A DNA stretch of 62,464 bases from Bradyrhizobium sp. (lineage in GTDB: Bacteria; Pseudomonadota; Alphaproteobacteria; Rhizobiales; Xanthobacteraceae), in the NCBI RefSeq assembly GCF_049691595.1, contig NZ_JBAVNZ010000334.1, forward strand, positions 1 through 62,464. The letters are read 5' to 3'. The notes beneath the pieces were generated by a model. It saw only the letters and a list, made by a program, of their open reading frames with translations. It was not told the origin of the DNA and made no database searches. The position numbers and the translations under genes were made by a program. Shown here piece by piece: positions 59,358 through 62,464 of this stretch. Positions within the stretch are counted from its first letter, which is position 1; each line of letters begins with the position of its first letter.

Positions 59358-59754
59358 ATGAACGTGAAATCAAACGCTGGGACATTGGAGTTGACGTTCC
59401 TCGGCACGCATGGCGAGATCGAGGTTCGTTCTCGTCGGCACCGATGCCATAGCTCGCTTGTTCAGCGCGACGAGGCGCGCGTCATGATTGATTATGGGGG
59501 ACTGGCTGAGCCGGTTCCATGGAGTTGCGTCGACGGCTATTGTGCTGACGCATCCTCATCCGGATCATGCTGTGAAAGGGTTGATGTTCGGCGAGCCATC
59601 TTTCATCCATTGCGGATCGCCGATCGTGCGTGCTGACGCGCGCAACCTAGACGCAGCGCCCTGGCGGATTGGGCGCCGACATAACGTCGAGGCTCGCTTT
59701 GCCTGCGACGGCGACAGACTGTCTTTTCCCGACAACGAATATCGCCGCTGGTAA
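59358..59754 (+). pseudogene. MBL-fold metallo-hydrolase remnant (frameshift and deletion)
   Basis: LTFLGTHGEI..RVMIDYG, frameshift, then GDWL..LTHPHPDHA; much too short. Confidence 0.75.
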
Positions 59755-59803
59755 GGAGCGATTCGAAAAAGTGTCCGAGCCAGCCAAGGAAGCGAGGCAG
59801 CAA

Positions 59804-60223
59804 CTAGGCATGATGCTGCGAGACCGCCCGTAACACTTCACCTGAAAGCTCTTTGCTGACCATGTGCGAAATGTCGCCGAGGCTCAGCATGCCGATCACG
59901 GTCTTGTGGCTATCCGTTACAGGCAGGCGACGGATTTGTTTCGCTTCCATGGTCTCGATTGCGACCTTGATGTCGTCATCCGGTGAACAGCACAGCACAT
60001 CCTTTGTCATGACGTCCTTGGCGGTCATTTTGGCCGGGTTGTCGCTGTCTGCGAGCGCGCGGCAGGTAATGTCGCGGTCGGTGACTATTCCCACCAGCCG
60101 ACCGTCTGCCTCGATGGGGATCGCACCGACATCGCTGTCACGCATGCGTTTCGCGATTTCCCTGACGGACGCGCCGGGTTCGACGCAGGTTGTACCCTTG
60201 TGCATGATGTCCTTGACTTTCAT
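59804..60223 (-). CDS. CBS domain protein (Hrp1-like)
   Basis: MKVKDIM, LVGIVTDRDI, QIRRLPV, GMLSLGDI. Confidence 0.93.
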   Translation of the reverse strand: MKVKDIMHKGTTCVEPGASVREIAKRMRDSDVGAIPIEADGRLVGIVTDRDITCRALADSDNPAKMTAKDVMTKDVLCCSPDDDIKVAIETMEAKQIRRLPVTDSHKTVIGMLSLGDISHMVSKELSGEVLRAVSQHHA

Positions 60224-60292
60224 TTCGTCCTCCTCAGGTCCAAGGTGCTGCTTGGCAGAAAAAACATCATTGCGCGCGCCGTCCGACACTCA

Positions 60293-60306
60293 TTGATCTG
60301 AGTCAA
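60293..60306. promoter_or_regulatory. FNR/FixK box TTGATCTGAGTCAA
   Basis: Divergent region between CBS and hydrolase-PRTase. Confidence 0.8.
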
Positions 60307-60395
60307 GAACGAAGCACCTCGACGGGGACAGTATTTCAAACTGGCTGCGACCCGGCTTGCTTCCGAGCGCTTCCGCCGCAGACCACTTCGCATCG

Positions 60396-61094
60396 ATGGC
60401 ACAGGAAAAATACGAGACCCGCGATATTAGTATCCCCCCGATTGGGCTTGCGGGAACGTTACATGTCCCGCGAGATGCCCATGCGCTTGTCGCCTTCGCG
60501 CATGGAAGCGGCTCAAGTCGGCTAAGTCCGCGGAACATGGCGGTTGCCGGTGCGTTGAATGCTCGGGGCATCGCGACGCTGTTGTTTGATCTTCTCACCC
60601 CGGACGAAGAGGTTGATCGGGCCAACGTCTTCGACATTCCGCTGCTGGCGGCGCGGCTCGTGGATGCTGTCAACTGGCTGGACGGGCAACCAACCCTCGC
60701 AAAGCTTCCACTTGGATTGTTCGGCGCCAGCACCGGGGCTGCGGCGGCACTCGTCGCCGCGACGAAACTCCCTCGTCGTGTGGGCGCCGTGGTATCGCGC
60801 GGCGGCCGTCCGGATCTTGCCGGGGATGCCCTCGACAGAGTTCGGGCACCGACTCTCCTTGTTGTCGGAGGTGCCGATGTGGGCGTCATCGAGCTCAACG
60901 AGCAGGCGCTGGCGCGGCTGCAAGGGTCGAAGGCTCTGGAGATCATTCCGGGTGCAAGCCATCTCTTTCCCGAATCGGGAGCACTGGAGGCCGTTATCGA
61001 CCATGCCGCTCGGTGGTTCGAGCGGCACCTGGCATCCGAGTCTGCAAAATCGACACCGGCTGCCGAGACTGAAAACAAGCGCAGGGGATCGTAA
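60396..61094 (+). CDS. Dienelactone hydrolase-family alpha/beta hydrolase
   Basis: FAHGSGSSRLSPRN, GASTG nucleophile, SRGGRPDLA, HLF. Confidence 0.92.
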   Translation: MAQEKYETRDISIPPIGLAGTLHVPRDAHALVAFAHGSGSSRLSPRNMAVAGALNARGIATLLFDLLTPDEEVDRANVFDIPLLAARLVDAVNWLDGQPTLAKLPLGLFGASTGAAAALVAATKLPRRVGAVVSRGGRPDLAGDALDRVRAPTLLVVGGADVGVIELNEQALARLQGSKALEIIPGASHLFPESGALEAVIDHAARWFERHLASESAKSTPAAETENKRRGS

Positions 61095-61771
61095 TGCCGT
61101 TCGAGAACCGATCGGAGGCGGGTCAGAAACTGGCGCGGGCGCTTTCCAGCTACAAGGATCAGCATCCGGTGATCCTTGCCTTGCCCCGCGGCGGCGTGCC
61201 CGTGGCGGCCGAGGTCGCCGCCGCGCTCAACGCGCCACTCGACCTGATCCTCGTGCGCAAGATCGGCGTGCCTTTGCAACCCGAATTGGCGATGGGTGCG
61301 GTCGTTGACGGCAGCGCCCCGATCGTTGTGCGAAACGAGGATGTTATCCAAAGTGCGGGCATTGACGAGATGCAATTCAAGGCCGTTTGCGATTGCGAAC
61401 TCGCCGAAATCGAGCGGCGGCGACAGCGATATTTAGGCGGCCGCGAACGCGTGAACCTCACCGGCCGTACGGTCATTGTGATCGATGACGGCATTGCCAC
61501 GGGGGCGACCATGCGGGCGGCGTTGCGTGCCACTCGCATGCGAAACCCGAAGAAGCTCGTTCTTGCCGTACCGGTGGCACCGTCCGAAAGCATTGTCACG
61601 ATGCGTGAGGAGGCCGATGAGGTTGTGTGCCTTGAGGACCACGAGCTCTTCGGGGCTATTGGTTATTATTATGGAGACTTTCGACAAGTTTCAGATGAGG
61701 AGGTGATCGAGATGCTCAAGCGGTTTCCGCCGAAGCCGAAGGAGGGGGAAAAGCAGCCGCCCGCGGCCTAG
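61094..61771 (+). CDS. Phosphoribosyltransferase (paralog of 40494-41159)
   Basis: LPRGGVPVA, VIDDGIATGAT, DFRQVSDEEV. Confidence 0.93.
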   Translation: MPFENRSEAGQKLARALSSYKDQHPVILALPRGGVPVAAEVAAALNAPLDLILVRKIGVPLQPELAMGAVVDGSAPIVVRNEDVIQSAGIDEMQFKAVCDCELAEIERRRQRYLGGRERVNLTGRTVIVIDDGIATGATMRAALRATRMRNPKKLVLAVPVAPSESIVTMREEADEVVCLEDHELFGAIGYYYGDFRQVSDEEVIEMLKRFPPKPKEGEKQPPAA

Positions 61772-61899
61772 ACGGCGTCCACCGACTACGGCCAGGCGAA
61801 ACAGTCGCCGTGCCTTTACTCTTCGAATACAGGAGCGTCCGCCTTGTATGCCGAGCTGCCCCCGAAGCCGTTTCTGACCCAACTGAATCTGGAGGATAT

Positions 61900-62367
61900 A
61901 TGCATCGGCACATCCTGATCCCGACGGACGGCTCGGAGCTGTCACAGAATGCAATCAATTATGGCATGGCTTTAGCAAAGTCGGTCAATGCCGAAGTCAC
62001 GGCACTGACCGTGTCGATGCCCTTCCGCGCGTTCGTGGTTGAGCCGGGCTTGATCACCGATACGCCGGAACAGTACCGGAAGCGCATGGCGACCCTTGCT
62101 GCAAGGTATCTCGACGTGGCGATGGAGGCCGCATTGGCAGCCGGTGTGAGCTGCGAGACGATGCACCTCGAGCACGATCAGCCATATCTGGCCATCATCG
62201 AGACGGCGGCACGAAAATCGTGCGATCTGATTGTCATGGCTTCGCATGGCCGGCGTGGGATTTCCGCGATCGTGCTCGGGAGCGAAGCCGTCAAGGTGCT
62301 GACACACAGCACCATCCCGGTTCTCGTCTTTCGCGCGCCGCACCCGCCATTCTTCATCGCATCTTAG
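61900..62367 (+). CDS. Universal stress protein
   Basis: GGAGG RBS; HILIPTDGS, MASHGRRG..LGSEA. Confidence 0.93.
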   Translation: MHRHILIPTDGSELSQNAINYGMALAKSVNAEVTALTVSMPFRAFVVEPGLITDTPEQYRKRMATLAARYLDVAMEAALAAGVSCETMHLEHDQPYLAIIETAARKSCDLIVMASHGRRGISAIVLGSEAVKVLTHSTIPVLVFRAPHPPFFIAS

Positions 62368-62464
62368 TCGCAGTCTTATCGTTCTTCGCCTGTCAATTAC
62401 GTAGCCGGCCGCGCCGACTGACGGAACCTCTCAACTCCCGCGAATCACCAAGACTGGTTTAGCC

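Overview
GC-rich alphaproteobacterial chromosome segment, very probably Bradyrhizobium or a close relative (GTAG/CGTC REP elements, a ~340-bp Bradyrhizobium-type intergenic repeat, initiator tRNA with AGG/CCT anticodon stem). Positions 1-4.5 kb are core-like genes (two SDRs, CBS protein, GMC oxidoreductase) ending in tRNA-fMet. The remaining ~58 kb looks like a mosaic low-oxygen island with two parts. (A) 4.6-27.7 kb is a denitrification module. It has two Dnr/Nnr-type Crp regulators and an operon for a heme-copper enzyme whose active-site Tyr is replaced by Gln (eNOR-type NO reductase). That operon also has a CuA subunit, an unannotated 57-aa small subunit, CtaB, SCO, a cytochrome b-ferredoxin-MvhD fusion, hemerythrin and cytochrome c2. 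Next come nirXI and a complete Paracoccus-type cd1 nitrite reductase cluster nirSECF(DL)GHJN-cbiX. The NOR and nirS operons share an identical 20-bp palindromic Fnr/Dnr box at the same distance from their first ATG. (B) 27.9-62.4 kb carries about 20 FNR/FixK2-type boxes. They lie upstream of archaeal-type topoisomerase VI, PolX-PHP, archease-RtcB, class II ribonucleotide reductase, an orphan HicA, CapA, a COG2187 kinase, USPs, CBS/BON proteins and others. PRPP synthase and PRTase/hydrolase pairs are also present. This gene set recalls the mycobacterial DosR dormancy regulon. Several gene remnants mark the junctions. All product calls come from motif recognition by eye; no database search was run.
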